A DNA stretch of 64,000 bases from an uncultured Candidatus Bathyarchaeia archaeon (GCA_964473665.1 CAYYPV010000008.1:607-64606), one strand, 5' to 3'; counted from the stretch's first letter, positions 18,787 to 30,420 are shown. A program made the numbers and translations. The notes: generated by a model not told the origin, from the letters alone.

Positions 18787-19908
18787 TTATTTGAGCATTT
18801 TCTTCAAAATCTCAGCTATGTACTCTAACTGTTCGTCTTGTACTTTTGGATGAATGGGTAGCGATAATACTTGTCTTGCAGCTGTCTCTGTTTTAATTAA
18901 TGTACCCTTTTCAAATGGGAATTGCTCTCTATAATAGGGCATAAGGTGTATAGGCACGGGATAGTAAATTGTTGCATCAATTTTCTTCTCCCTAAGTTTT
19001 TCAACAACCTTGTTTCGTTTACCTGCGTTAGCACCTCTTAAACGAACAGTGTATACGTACCAACTGTGCTTGTAGCCTTCAGGTACGGCGGGAAGTTTAA
19101 GTTTCCCAATTCCACTAAGTTTACTTGTTAATGTTTCAGCGTTTTTTCTTCTAGTATCTAAAAAGCGCGGCAGTTTGGAGATTTGCGCTACGCCTAACGC
19201 GCCACATATTTCACTCATTCTGTAGTTGTGTCCTACCATTATTGACTTGTATTCTTTTTGTTCTCCGTGATTTCTTATTTCGCGCAGCGTTTCAGCATAC
19301 TCAGAGTTATTCGTTGTTATCATTCCGCCTTCTCCAGTAGTCATGTTCTTTGTTGCGTAGAAACTAAAGCAGGCCATATCGCCTAAAGATCCAGTTTTTT
19401 TGGTCTTGTATTCAGCACCGTGAGCTTGAGCAGCGTCCTCTATTACTGTTACGTCGTGTTTATGAGCTAATTCTAGTATTGGATCCATATCACATGCTAA
19501 ACCGTAAAGATGCGTCGGAATAATTGCCTGTGTTCTCGACGATATTCGTTCTTCAAGATTTTCTAAGTCCATACAGTAAGTATCGGCATTTATATCGACA
19601 AATACAGGCTTTCCTCCAGCTAACACAACTGCCTCGGTTACCGCCACAAAACTGAAACTTGGAATTAACACTTCGTCACCCGGCCTCAGCCCGATAGCCA
19701 TAAGAGCTGCATGAAGAGAGGCTGTTCCACTGCTAAGCGCCACAGCGTATTTTGTCCCAATAAATCTTGCGAACTCTTGCTCAAATTGAGACACGTAAAA
19801 ACCGCCTCCTCCTTTTTCAGTCAATATTCCGCTTCTCAGAACCTTTAAAACAAGTTGAATTTCTTCGTCGCCCAGAATAGGTTGATTTATCGGTATTGAT
19901 AACCTCAT
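18787..19908 (-). CDS. DegT/DnrJ/EryC1/StrS PLP-dependent sugar aminotransferase
   Basis: SSGTASLH, EDAAQAHG, SFYATKNMTTGEGG, GHNYRM. Confidence 0.92.
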   Translation of the reverse strand: MRLSIPINQPILGDEEIQLVLKVLRSGILTEKGGGGFYVSQFEQEFARFIGTKYAVALSSGTASLHAALMAIGLRPGDEVLIPSFSFVAVTEAVVLAGGKPVFVDINADTYCMDLENLEERISSRTQAIIPTHLYGLACDMDPILELAHKHDVTVIEDAAQAHGAEYKTKKTGSLGDMACFSFYATKNMTTGEGGMITTNNSEYAETLREIRNHGEQKEYKSIMVGHNYRMSEICGALGVAQISKLPRFLDTRRKNAETLTSKLSGIGKLKLPAVPEGYKHSWYVYTVRLRGANAGKRNKVVEKLREKKIDATIYYPVPIHLMPYYREQFPFEKGTLIKTETAARQVLSLPIHPKVQDEQLEYIAEILKKMLK

Positions 19909-20244
19909 AAAACCCTCTTCTTACGGCAGAAGCCACATTCAAATAGTTGGATATTTCTCCTCTTCTTCCACTTTACTTTTCTCTCAGAATCTAAACTTAT
20001 TGCCTTTGCTGTTAATTAATACCTTGCATAAAAAATTCTTTCTATAACGGTTCGTAATGTGGAAATTGCACGGATCTTCAAATATAAACCGTCTGAAATT
20101 AGTCATAAATTGTATAAAATCTCTCTGTAAAATGACTAATAACTTTCATGTTCTTCTTTGCAATAAATATTTAAATGGATGATTCATAATCCTAGCTTTT
20201 TTAAGTTAAGACAATACTCTAGTACATACACTCGAGGGATACTC

Positions 20245-21510
20245 TTGGAACCGCCAACCCTTCTTTTAATTCCTGTTACTTCTTGGACACATAGAGATAG
20301 AGCCATAGAGCCATCAAAAAGGGCTCGTGAACTTTTAGAGGAAGCAGGTCTGAAGGTTTTCGGACCTATAAACCCTATAACGAAGATTGAGGAGGTGCCG
20401 AAAACTAAGGAGGAGTTTGATGCCACAGTTGTCTTTATTGCAAGCGGAGGGTCAGCTGAGCTAGCTGTTCCATTGATTAAGACCAGAAGAGCGCTTATGT
20501 GGGCTTACCATGAAAATAATAGTTTAGCTTCAGCATTGAGTGCAAGAGAAAAACTTGTGGCTGAGGAAGCGTGGCAAGGTCAAATATTATATAATAGCCT
20601 AAACTATGTCCCAAAAGAGATTGTTGCGGAAGCCCAAGCCAATAAATTAATTCGTAGTATGAAAAGTGCAAAGATTGGTCTAGTGGGTGATGAAGATGAT
20701 TACAATGCGCACACCCGCGACGTGGAAATGCTTAAGGCAATTTTCGGAATAGACGTTTCTCTCGTAGATTTTGATGCCGTAAAACAAGAATGGGCAAACG
20801 TTTCTGAAGATGCTGCTGGAAAAATAATTGATGAACGGTTATCAAAATTTGAATTAGTTGAACCCAATAAACGGGATTTAATAAAGGCAGCCAGGCTCTA
20901 TTTGGCCCTTAGAAAGATATCCGCTGACAAAAATCTGGATGCGATAACTGTTGACTGCTTTAAGTTTCTGAAGAAAACAGGCACATTACCATGCATCGCT
21001 TTTGCTCTGCTGAATGATGATGGGATGAACGCTGCTTGCGAAGCGGATTTACGTGCAGCAACACTGATGTTGATATATAGAACTTTGACCGGTAACCCGT
21101 CTTGGATCGCTAACCTAGTTCAAGTTGATTCGAAGCTTGGAACGATAACGCTGTGCCACTGCACTGCAGCAACCAGTCTTGCAGAGACAGGTCGCACTAT
21201 TCGTATTAGAGACCATTTTGAATCAGGACAGAGCGTATCGCTTGATGTACCTTTAAAGAGACAATTGGCAACCATCGCTAATATTCAGACCAAACCTACT
21301 AAGTTAACGGTCACCACAGGCGAAGTCATAGATTCCCAGATGGGAAATTTAACAATTTGTCGAACTCAAGCTAAAATAAAATTAGCTGGAAACATTGAAA
21401 TGCTCTTGGAACAAACTGGTAACCATCAGGTTCTAGCTTATGGTGATTTCGGAGACCTTTTTAAAGCGCTCTCTGAAAAAATTCCAGCATTACAAACGAT
21501 TGTAATTTAA
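20245..21510 (+). CDS. L-fucose/L-arabinose isomerase-like protein
   Basis: DAITVDCF, ACEAD, CHCTA, RDHFES, CRTQ, GNHQ pattern. Start uncertain (TTG 20245 or ATG 20179). Confidence 0.7.
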   Translation: MEPPTLLLIPVTSWTHRDRAIEPSKRARELLEEAGLKVFGPINPITKIEEVPKTKEEFDATVVFIASGGSAELAVPLIKTRRALMWAYHENNSLASALSAREKLVAEEAWQGQILYNSLNYVPKEIVAEAQANKLIRSMKSAKIGLVGDEDDYNAHTRDVEMLKAIFGIDVSLVDFDAVKQEWANVSEDAAGKIIDERLSKFELVEPNKRDLIKAARLYLALRKISADKNLDAITVDCFKFLKKTGTLPCIAFALLNDDGMNAACEADLRAATLMLIYRTLTGNPSWIANLVQVDSKLGTITLCHCTAATSLAETGRTIRIRDHFESGQSVSLDVPLKRQLATIANIQTKPTKLTVTTGEVIDSQMGNLTICRTQAKIKLAGNIEMLLEQTGNHQVLAYGDFGDLFKALSEKIPALQTIVI

Positions 21511-21733
21511 CATTTTATCAGTTAAATCTACATTTTACCTTTCTTTGACTTTCTCGCCTTTGCCGTTGACAAATACATAGTATAAAAATGCTTCATATTT
21601 CAAAGTCAAACTTTAATTAGATGTATTAAAGGCGTAATATGCGTAATAAGTTGCGCTTCATCTTACCGTAAGGCATATAAATTAAAGTTAGTATGTTTGG
21701 TTTTAGCATTTTGAATATTTGGAGAGGATAAAT

Positions 21734-23379
21734 ATGGCTGAAGGAGTACCCGCCGAGATATCTGGACAACCAGTCTTAATATTGAAGGAAGGAACAGCTA
21801 GAACAAGAGGGAGAGAAGCTCAGCACTCAAATATTATGGCCGCAAGAATCGTTGCTGAGTCGGTTAAAAGTTCTCTTGGACCGAAAGGCATGGATAAGAT
21901 GCTTGTAGACAGTTTTGGAGATGTTACAATAACAAATGATGGAGCCACTATTTTATCTGAAATGGATGTTCAGCATCCGTCTGCAAAAATGATGGTGGAG
22001 GTTGCTAAGACACAGGATAAAGAGGTTGGTGATGGAACAACCACTGCAGTGGTTCTAGCCGGTGAACTTTTAGGTAAAGCAGAGGAGTTGATCGCGAAGG
22101 AAGTTCATCCAACGGTAATAATTGATGGTTACAGGAAGGCAATGGAGAATTCTTTGGAATTCATAGAAGACATAGCTATTCAGGTAAAGCCAGGCGATCG
22201 TCCAACTTTAAGGAAGATTGCGATGACATCTATGGCTACTAAATTTATTTCTGAGAGTAGGGAATTTCTCGCCGATATCGCCGTTGATGCTGTGCTTCAA
22301 GTCGCTAAGAAAGTTGATGGAAATTATAAGATTGACATTGATGACATAAAGGTGGATAAAAGGCGGGAGGGTCTGTGACTGACACGAAGCTAATTCAAGG
22401 CTTGGTTCTCGACAAAGAAGTAGTTCATTCGGGTATGCCAAGACGGGTTGAAGAGGCAAAAATAGCTTTGATAAGTAGTGCGTTAGAACTTGAGAAAACC
22501 GAGTTTGATGCGAAAATCAATATTGAGAACCCTGAGCAGATGAAAGCTTTCCTTGATGAGGAGGAAACAATGCTCAAGGACATGGTGGACAAAATAGTGG
22601 CGTCAGGTGCCAATGTTGTCATATGTCAAAAGGGCATTCATGATTTGGTTCAACATTTTCTAGCCCGAAAAAACATTATGGCTCTTCGGCGTGTTAAGGA
22701 ATCTGATATGGATAAATTATCAAAGGCAACTGGGGCCGATATCGTTAACAACCTGAGCGAGTTGGTAAATGCGAACTTAGGTTACGCGAAGCTTGTTGAG
22801 GAGAGGAAGCTTGGTGATGATAAGTGGACTTTTATTGAGGGATGTAAGAACGCGAAAGCGGTAACTATACTAATCAGAGGCGGAACTGAAAGGGCGGTTG
22901 ATGAAGCTGAGCGCTCGATACATGATGCCTTATGTGTTGTTCGAGATGTTGTTCAAGAACCTAAGGTTGTAGCTGGTGGAGGAGCGCCTGAAACTGAAAT
23001 GGCTCATAACTTGAGGGAGTATGCAGAACAACTCGCAGGTAGAGAACAGCTTGCAGTTCAAGGTTTCGCTGAAGCGCTAGAAAGCATTCCTACGATACTT
23101 GCGGAAAATGCTGGTTTAGACCCGATCGATACTATTGTTGAGTTAAGATCAAAACATGATAAAGGCCAAAAATGGACTGGTGTGGATGTGATGGCGGGTA
23201 AGGTGCAGGATATGTCAAAAATAGATGTGTTAGAGCCGATAGGTGTTAAAAAACAGATTATTAAATCCGCCACCGAATCCGCTACCATGATCCTTAAAAT
23301 TGACGACGTTATTGCCTCATCGAAGGGCCCAGGAAGGATGCCAGGAGCACATAGAGGTGGCGAAGAGGTCGGCGAATAA
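21734..23379 (+). CDS. ths: Thermosome (group II chaperonin) subunit, split by a 1-nt frameshift at ~22360
   Basis: [24 protein letters not shown] in ORF 21719..22378; apical and C-terminal half in ORF 22375..23379. Adding one A at the 22358-22361 run restores [11 protein letters not shown]. Confidence 0.9.
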
Positions 23380-23662
23380 GTCGAAGGCTGAACTTGTACC
23401 TACACAGCAGGTCCTTATCGGCCCTCAAAAACTAACGCGTTTTGAAAGAGCACGAATTGTTGGAGCGAGAGCTTTGCAGATTTCTATGGGTGCACCGGCA
23501 CTTGTGAAGCCCCCGCGTTCTGGAGCAAGTCATATAGACATAGCTATAGCCGAGCTGGATTCGGGCATACTCCCGATGACGATTAGACGCACTTTACCGG
23601 ATGGAACTTATCAGGACATTGCTGTTAAGATGTTGATACAAAAAGTAGAGAAAAAAGCCTAA
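23357..23662 (+). CDS. rpoK: DNA-directed RNA polymerase subunit K (Rpo6)
   Basis: LTRFERARIVGARALQISMGAP and LPMTIRR. Likely start is GTG 23357. Confidence 0.92.
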   Translation: MAKRSANKSKAELVPTQQVLIGPQKLTRFERARIVGARALQISMGAPALVKPPRSGASHIDIAIAELDSGILPMTIRRTLPDGTYQDIAVKMLIQKVEKKA

Positions 23663-23865
23663 AAGTTTTCTTACCGCTCTGCTTCAGCTTCACATTTCTA
23701 ACAGAAATTGACCTTGAGACAGGTAGCATCATAAGGGTAATAAGGATAAAATGAGCGCGTCTAGATTATACGGATTAATATGCATGTTAAGCGGTTTATT
23801 TCTGAAAGAATTTGAAAGAAGTCTTTAAATCTTTATAGCGTAAAATCGAATATGCACTTTCGGAG

Positions 23866-24225
23866 GTGACAGATACGACCAGTGAAACAGGGGCTGAAAT
23901 TCCAGAAGAGACGGAGAAGAAAATCGCGAATCAAAACGCACCACCACAGACTTCCCTACAGAACGTCATTTTAGTCGGTAAGAAACCTGCTATGAACTAT
24001 GCTTTGGCAACGATAATCCAGTTCAATCAAGGTGCAAAAGAAGTTACAGTGAAGGCACGTGGTATGGCTATCTCAAAGGCGGTTGACGTCGTAGAGATTG
24101 TCAGACGCAGGTTCATGGAGGAATCTGTTAAGGTTAAGGACATCAAGATTGGAACAGAGGTTTTAGGGGAAGGAGATAACGTAAGAAACGTTTCAACGAT
24201 GGAAATAGTAATCTCAAAGATTTAG
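23866..24225 (+). CDS. albA: DNA/RNA-binding protein Alba
   Basis: [31 protein letters not shown]. Confidence 0.93.
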   Translation: MTDTTSETGAEIPEETEKKIANQNAPPQTSLQNVILVGKKPAMNYALATIIQFNQGAKEVTVKARGMAISKAVDVVEIVRRRFMEESVKVKDIKIGTEVLGEGDNVRNVSTMEIVISKI

Positions 24226-24281
24226 CCCTTTGAACTCAAATGAAAACATTGCGTTCATAGTTAACTTAGGTTGGATGTTAA

Positions 24282-24530
24282 ATGGATAAAGAAGATGCCC
24301 AGGAGATTCAGAGCTGGCGCATATCAGTAGGAGTTATACTATTGATAGCTTTCTCCTTATTTTTGTATCAGCAGTTTATTAACGAAATTTTTGATTATAC
24401 GTTCAGTCTTTTCATATTCTACGTTCCAGCAGTTATCTCAGTGGTGACATACATCATACTGATAAGAAAGAGTAATAGAAAGGCCTCTATTTGCGGTTCA
24501 GGTTATTCAGTTTGTAAAAACTTAATTTAG
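24282..24530 (+). CDS. Small hypothetical membrane protein (2 TM)
   Basis: ATG-started 82-aa ORF with two hydrophobic segments. Confidence 0.4.
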   Translation: MDKEDAQEIQSWRISVGVILLIAFSLFLYQQFINEIFDYTFSLFIFYVPAVISVVTYIILIRKSNRKASICGSGYSVCKNLI

Positions 24531-24750
24531 TCTAATATTTCAATGAAAATTTGCTTAATACATGGCAACCGTATTTTTTGACTTTCCCCTGTAATTCTAA
24601 CAGTCTCTTTCTGCTGCGTTTCAGTACATTACATGCAAACACTAAGGTTGCCGCAGATTGAGTTTGAGTTTCCACTAATAATAGTCATTTACCGTGTATA
24701 TCAGATAGCGCCAAAAATGGAAATGTTAGACCGTTAATTAAAATGTCTGT

Positions 24751-25275
24751 TTAATACGGCTTATCTGTATCAGGTAACTCGCTTAGTCGTAGTTTTCTAG
24801 CCATAATGAAGGCGTCCTCACCGTCGCGGTAATAATCTCTAATAGTATTCAGAGCTTGGAAGCCTAATTCTTTATAAATTTTTATTGCCTGCTCGTTTGT
24901 AACTCTTACTTCAAGGAAGCATTCACTTGCTTTGTATTCGATCATACCTCGCATCGCCTCGGTTATTAGGGCGGTTCCGATTCCATGGAGTCTAGATTCG
25001 GGTAGAACGGCTAAAGAAACTATGTGGCCTTTACGAGTGAAGCCAAATGGAGTTCTTTTGAATTCGGATCCGCCTATCTCAATTCTACACATTATGTAAC
25101 CAACTATTTTATTGTCCACTTGTGCTACTAAGAAAATTTTTGGGAAATGTTCGTATAATTCAAGGTAGAAATAGGAGCTATAGTTCTCAGGTAAAGTTCT
25201 TAGGTTGATGTCCATAACAGACTCTAAGTCTTCGGGCTTGAACAGCCTTAAATCGTAATCTTTTATTAGTATCAA
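24751..25275 (-). CDS. rimI: N-terminal acetyltransferase (Ard1/RimI GNAT)
   Basis: LPENY, GHIVSLAV, LEVRVTN..A..Y, YYRDGEDA. Confidence 0.9.
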   Translation of the reverse strand: MILIKDYDLRLFKPEDLESVMDINLRTLPENYSSYFYLELYEHFPKIFLVAQVDNKIVGYIMCRIEIGGSEFKRTPFGFTRKGHIVSLAVLPESRLHGIGTALITEAMRGMIEYKASECFLEVRVTNEQAIKIYKELGFQALNTIRDYYRDGEDAFIMARKLRLSELPDTDKPY

Positions 25276-25368
25276 CGTACTTTCTCCTAGGATATACCTA
25301 CTTTAAACGTAGATATTTATCTAAAACTCTAAATTTAATTTAACTATAAGATAGGAATATGCTTAAAA

Positions 25369-26469
25369 TTGAGTGAAACTCCGCCTATTACACCACCAAT
25401 AGAGCCTTCATTACTTATTCCACCTGATTTTTTCTTCGAAGTTAAGAGTTTGGTTGAATCGGAGTTCACAGTCCAAGATGGATATATGAAGCAGGGAATT
25501 CCGACGTTCATTATAGCACCAAAGGAAACAAAAGAGCCCTTCAAAAGACTTGTGTTAAAAATGAAGAGCAGCGGCTACGTACCGTTTCTAAGAAAAGAGG
25601 AGGCAGGGTTAACAATTCGCGCATCATTAAAACCACCCGCAACAAAACCGTCAAGGATAAGAGTTAACATTTTGCTGCTTTTCATCACATTGAGCACAGT
25701 TTTCGTTACAGGTTACTTATGGGGGTTAAATTACTCATCAGTTCTTAAAGAACTAGATATGCCTCAGGTGAATTCTCTAATAATTGCAGCACTTTATTTG
25801 GCGAGTATATTTGGAATAATCGCTTTGCATGAACTTGGACACAAATTAACGGCGGATAAAAGGGGAGTAGAATCTACTTTGCCCTATTTTATTCCAGGCC
25901 CTCCCCCATATGGGACATTCGGAGCAGTCATAATGCAAAAGGAGCCGCCGATAAACCGCGATCAACTTTTTGACCTAGGATCCAGCGGTCCACTTATAGG
26001 CTTCATCATTACCGTAATAGTTGCTATTGTCGGCATTAAATTGTCGCCGGTAGGTCCAGAAATTTCGGGTGCAAGTGTTTTGCCAACTCCTCTATTATTT
26101 AATATAATAGCAATGACTCGCTCGATTCCGCAGGGATTCACATTGTATATGCATCCTGTGGCGTTTGCGGCGTGGTTTGGCTTCGTTTTAACATTTATGA
26201 ATCTAATGCCAGCGTGGCAACTTGATGGCGGACATGTAGCTAGAGCTGTTCTGGGTCCTCAGTGGCATTTAGCGTCCTCATTCATAGGAGCATTGATATT
26301 AATTTTAACTAACTGGTGGCTAATGGGAATACTTGTATTGTTTCTTTCTATTAGAGGGAGGCATCCTGGACCGTTAGATGATGTGTCTCCTTTGTCGAAA
26401 TCCAGAAATGTAATCGCTGTTGTAATAGTGCTGGTTATAGCTCTGTCATTAGTTAGTGCGCCATTATAA
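25369..26469 (+). CDS. Site-2 protease (M50) membrane metalloprotease
   Basis: HELGH, SGPLIG and NLMPAWQLDGGH motifs; TM segments. Confidence 0.92.
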   Translation: MSETPPITPPIEPSLLIPPDFFFEVKSLVESEFTVQDGYMKQGIPTFIIAPKETKEPFKRLVLKMKSSGYVPFLRKEEAGLTIRASLKPPATKPSRIRVNILLLFITLSTVFVTGYLWGLNYSSVLKELDMPQVNSLIIAALYLASIFGIIALHELGHKLTADKRGVESTLPYFIPGPPPYGTFGAVIMQKEPPINRDQLFDLGSSGPLIGFIITVIVAIVGIKLSPVGPEISGASVLPTPLLFNIIAMTRSIPQGFTLYMHPVAFAAWFGFVLTFMNLMPAWQLDGGHVARAVLGPQWHLASSFIGALILILTNWWLMGILVLFLSIRGRHPGPLDDVSPLSKSRNVIAVVIVLVIALSLVSAPL

Positions 26470-27732
26470 TTAATTTTTGAGCAAAGGCAGGGTTGTAGAT
26501 CCGTTGGGTACAACGTAAATTTTTGATTTTTTGCCGACAATGTTGAAAGCCGTATTAAGCGCGGCGTTCACTGTTTTTGAAGTTTTTAGCTTAAAGACCC
26601 CAGTCGCATAATAATCGGGCATCGTTGAAACTAGAATGATTTTGGCTTTCTCCAATGTCTTAAGAAGATAGTAGGCTTTATGCCCACCTAACATGAAATT
26701 TCTCTTAACTTCTTTTTCAACATCTTCAAGATTTTTAAGTCTAGTCATCCAATCGTAGAAAACCTGGTTTCCGTAACCTTCACGGCACTCTGCCACCAGA
26801 ATTATTACTCCGCCTTCTTTTACTATGCATTTAGCATTCTCCACAGCTTTCAAGGCTTGGTAAAGGTCGATGTCGTGTGGATCACCATCGGCACTGGTTA
26901 TAACTATCTCTGCTGGCTGTTCGACATGTACCTTATACATCTCATCGACAACCTTGACTCCGTCAAGGAAGGCTTGTTCAAGGTCGCCTGCAAAGGCTCC
27001 GACTATTTCTTTCCGAGTATTTAGGACAACATTTAGTATGAAATCTACTTTTGCCAATCTAGCGGATTCAGTCATGTCTTCATGCACGGGATTTCCTTCA
27101 AGTATACCGACAGTAGCTTTGGGATCCAAAAGCATGGAATGGTTATGCTGTATCGTATCTAGACTTCCAATAGCGGGAACTACGCCTTTTCTTCCACCGC
27201 CATAGCCAGCATAGTAATGAAGTTCAATGTCACCAACCAATATCTTGACGTCAGCGTCAAAGAAGATCTTGTTCACACACACTTTTGTTTTGAATTTTGT
27301 TTCTCCAATAGCACAAACTATTTCTGCAGATTTACAATCATGACTGACAACCTTAATTCGCCTGTAAACATCTTCTCCAACAAGTTTAGCTGCTTCCTCC
27401 GGTGTAGCTAGGCGGTGAGTACCACAGCCGATTAGTATGGTTATATCCTCATCTTTCACTCCAGCCCTATTCAATTCATCCAAGATTGGAGGAATCATTA
27501 GATAGCTAGGCGAAGGTCGGGTAACGTCGTCTATAACTATTGCAGCTTTGTTTCCAGGTTTCGCTATCTCAATAAGCCTCTTGCTTTTTATCGGGTTTTC
27601 GAGAGCTCGAATTATCTCAGCTTTAGGATCGGCAACTCCCTGTTTTTCGTTTGGAGTTATTATTCCAAGCAGGTTCTCGTCAGGCACTTTAACAGGAATT
27701 TCAGTTCGGCCGTAGGGTAACCATATTTCCAT
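26470..27732 (-). CDS. larA: Nickel-pincer lactate racemase family (LarA)
   Basis: DDVTRPSP, GTHR, HYYAGYGGGRK, DLYQALKA. Confidence 0.88.
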   Translation of the reverse strand: MEIWLPYGRTEIPVKVPDENLLGIITPNEKQGVADPKAEIIRALENPIKSKRLIEIAKPGNKAAIVIDDVTRPSPSYLMIPPILDELNRAGVKDEDITILIGCGTHRLATPEEAAKLVGEDVYRRIKVVSHDCKSAEIVCAIGETKFKTKVCVNKIFFDADVKILVGDIELHYYAGYGGGRKGVVPAIGSLDTIQHNHSMLLDPKATVGILEGNPVHEDMTESARLAKVDFILNVVLNTRKEIVGAFAGDLEQAFLDGVKVVDEMYKVHVEQPAEIVITSADGDPHDIDLYQALKAVENAKCIVKEGGVIILVAECREGYGNQVFYDWMTRLKNLEDVEKEVKRNFMLGGHKAYYLLKTLEKAKIILVSTMPDYYATGVFKLKTSKTVNAALNTAFNIVGKKSKIYVVPNGSTTLPLLKN

Positions 27733-28074
27733 GTCTTAACCTTCTGCCTTTATTGTTGTATATTTGCCAACTTATATTTGCCTCATTAACTACACTTATA
27801 ATTAAATCAATAGATGTACTGTCACTTTAGAAAAAAGGATTTATATAATTTCAAGTTTTTAGGCTAAGTTCTCCTTAAGACTCCTAACGGTTGTGTAATG
27901 CAAACTTATTAAATATTTATGCAGGATGGCAATTTTCAATTACGTTTTTACATCATTTTCTGTAAAAGTTTTAACATCAAACGTAACGCAGGCTATTCGC
28001 GTTAAACACAAACTTTTACTGTGACCTTAGCTTTGATTTAATAAAAAATATTGCTGAAAGCGAAAGTGAAGCTG

Positions 28075-29064
28075 TTGGAGCATGTTATAGAGACTAACGA
28101 ACTTACAAAAAGCTTCAACGGACTTGTAGCAGTTGACAGGCTGAACATTTCGGTTGAACAAGGAGAAATTTTCGGTTTATTAGGGCCAAATGGCGCCGGA
28201 AAAACCACCACGATTTCCATGCTTTGCAGTATACTGAAGCCAACTTCTGGCACAGCAAAGGTCAACGGTTTTGACATTGTTAAAGAATCCATGCAAGTGC
28301 GAAAGTCAATAGGTCTGGTTTTTCAAGATCCGAGCGTTGACGATAGAATGACTGGGCGTGAAAATCTTTTCATGCACGCTAATCTTTACGGTGTTCCTGT
28401 AAGCGAACAGAAGGATCGAATCGAAAATGTTCTGAAATTGGTTGAGCTAGGTGAAAGGGCGGATGACCTGCTGCGAACTTACTCGGGTGGGATGAGGCGT
28501 AGATTAGAGCTCGCTCGAGGGCTGATTCATTATCCCAAAGTTCTTTTTCTGGATGAGCCCACGATAGGACTTGATCCGCAAACTAGGGATCACGTTTGGA
28601 GATACATTCGAGAATTGAAAGAAGCTCACGACATAACAGTAGTTTTGACAACACATTACATGGATGAGGCGGACAGGCTTTCTGACCGTATAGCGATAAT
28701 GGATTATGGAAAAATAATTGCTCTAGACACATCTTATAAACTGAAAGAAACTCTTGAAGGCGATGTTATAATAGTTAAAGCAAACAATCTTGAGGCGCTT
28801 TCCGCGATAATCAAAGAGAAAATGGATCTTCAGAAAACTCGAATAGTTGAGGATACTATTGAAATAACCGTTAAAAATGGGAAAAGCCTGCTGCCGAGAA
28901 TAGTGGATGTCGCAACGCAAAATAAAATATACATTGAGTCTGTAGCTTTACGTGAACCAAACCTTGAAGATGTTTTTTTACATTATACTGGCAGATCCAT
29001 ACGGCCGGAGGCGGGTAAAGAGCTTCACGGTGTATCAGCGGCACGCAGAAGGGCGGTAAAGTGA
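28075..29064 (+). CDS. ABC-2 exporter ATP-binding protein (DrrA-like)
   Basis: GPNGAGKTT, YSGGMRRR, LFLDEPT. Start TTG 28075 or 28051. Confidence 0.92.
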   Translation: MEHVIETNELTKSFNGLVAVDRLNISVEQGEIFGLLGPNGAGKTTTISMLCSILKPTSGTAKVNGFDIVKESMQVRKSIGLVFQDPSVDDRMTGRENLFMHANLYGVPVSEQKDRIENVLKLVELGERADDLLRTYSGGMRRRLELARGLIHYPKVLFLDEPTIGLDPQTRDHVWRYIRELKEAHDITVVLTTHYMDEADRLSDRIAIMDYGKIIALDTSYKLKETLEGDVIIVKANNLEALSAIIKEKMDLQKTRIVEDTIEITVKNGKSLLPRIVDVATQNKIYIESVALREPNLEDVFLHYTGRSIRPEAGKELHGVSAARRRAVK

Positions 29065-29822
29065 CTGAGCTTAGAGGTTTTTACACGTTATGGCTTCGCG
29101 AACTAAAACGTTACCTAAGGGACAGGGTAAGAATAGTTAGCAGTTTTGTCACACCTTTATTGTGGTTAGTCATATTTGGCACAGGAGTACGTCTGCAGCT
29201 TCCAATTCCTGGCCTGAATTATCAAGAGTATATTTTTCCAGGAATAATTGGGCAAACTCTGCTTTTCACTTCAATGTTTATGGGCATCTCCGTTCTCTGG
29301 GACAGAGAATTCGGCTTCATGAAAGAAATACTAGTCGCGCCTATTTCACGTATATCCGTTTTCTTAGGGAAGATGATCGGCGACAGCACTGACGCTGTAA
29401 TTCAGGGGATAATCGTTTTCGTTCTGGGTATACTATTAGGAATAAAGCTCAGCGTACCCATGTTTTTTGAGCTTTTGCCAATAATGCTACTCATCACCTT
29501 TGGCTTGGTCAGCATAGGATTAACGATAGCCAGTTTTCTCGAAAGCTTGGAGGGCTTCGGCACTATTTCGAGCTTTGTTAACCTGCCTCTGTTCTTCCTT
29601 AGCGGTGCTCTATTTCCACTTAGCGGTACGGGTATTCCGACCTGGTTGCAAATCGCTTCAAAATTGAATCCTTTAACTTACGGCGTTGATGCTCTAAGAA
29701 TAATCGTTTTGGGAGCAGCGTGGCAACCGCTTCAGCCTTTGATTTACGACATAGCCATAGTAGGCGGCTTCGACATTATCATGATTATCATTGGAACTTT
29801 TGCTTTTAGCAGAATGCATTAA
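29061..29822 (+). CDS. ABC-2 type permease
   Basis: DREFGFMKEILVAP, FLSGALFP, NPLTYGVD. Confidence 0.92.
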   Translation: MTELRGFYTLWLRELKRYLRDRVRIVSSFVTPLLWLVIFGTGVRLQLPIPGLNYQEYIFPGIIGQTLLFTSMFMGISVLWDREFGFMKEILVAPISRISVFLGKMIGDSTDAVIQGIIVFVLGILLGIKLSVPMFFELLPIMLLITFGLVSIGLTIASFLESLEGFGTISSFVNLPLFFLSGALFPLSGTGIPTWLQIASKLNPLTYGVDALRIIVLGAAWQPLQPLIYDIAIVGGFDIIMIIIGTFAFSRMH

Positions 29823-30019
29823 ATGATCATTTTAGCATAATTCTATGCTTCTTTGGGTCTTATTCGAGTTTAGAAAGTTTAGAAGTTAATTCTTTAGAGT
29901 TTTTGGTATATTAACACGGCTTTTTCGACGGGTTAAATTGTTATAGTGTAGAAATTTTAACCATTCTTTCTTCGTTACGATATTAATCAGTTAATTATCC
30001 AGAATTTTTTTCATTTATC

Positions 30020-30376
30020 CTACTTTTGATCTTGCATAATCAGTCGTTGGAGCTCATTAAATATTACAGCTCCAAGGAGAGATTCTGTTTCTTTCTTGTA
30101 TTTGGCGGTTAAAAGTTCAATTAATTTTCTACTTCCTTTCTTGGTCGTGGAAATGCCCATCCGCTCAGCTCTGATGATCAATCCTTCTTTCTCCAATGTT
30201 GCGAAATGCGGGAGCACATAGTAGTGGGGTATTTGTAAGTGATCCGCTAACTTTCGAGTGGTGGGTAACCGTATGGAGATGTTATTCCTAGTAAAGGTGA
30301 TAGTTATGGAGTGGTCGATAGCGAGAAGGATTTGTATGGCTGCTTCAAGGATATCTTCGTCAGTGAGGACTTTCAT
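30020..30376 (-). CDS. Putative winged-helix (GntR-like) protein
   Basis: LPTTRKLADHL...LEKEGLI pattern. Confidence 0.55.
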   Translation of the reverse strand: MKVLTDEDILEAAIQILLAIDHSITITFTRNNISIRLPTTRKLADHLQIPHYYVLPHFATLEKEGLIIRAERMGISTTKKGSRKLIELLTAKYKKETESLLGAVIFNELQRLIMQDQK

Positions 30377-30420
30377 AGTCTTCGCTGGTTTATTTGGAGA
30401 TATGCAGTAATATTAGGAGT

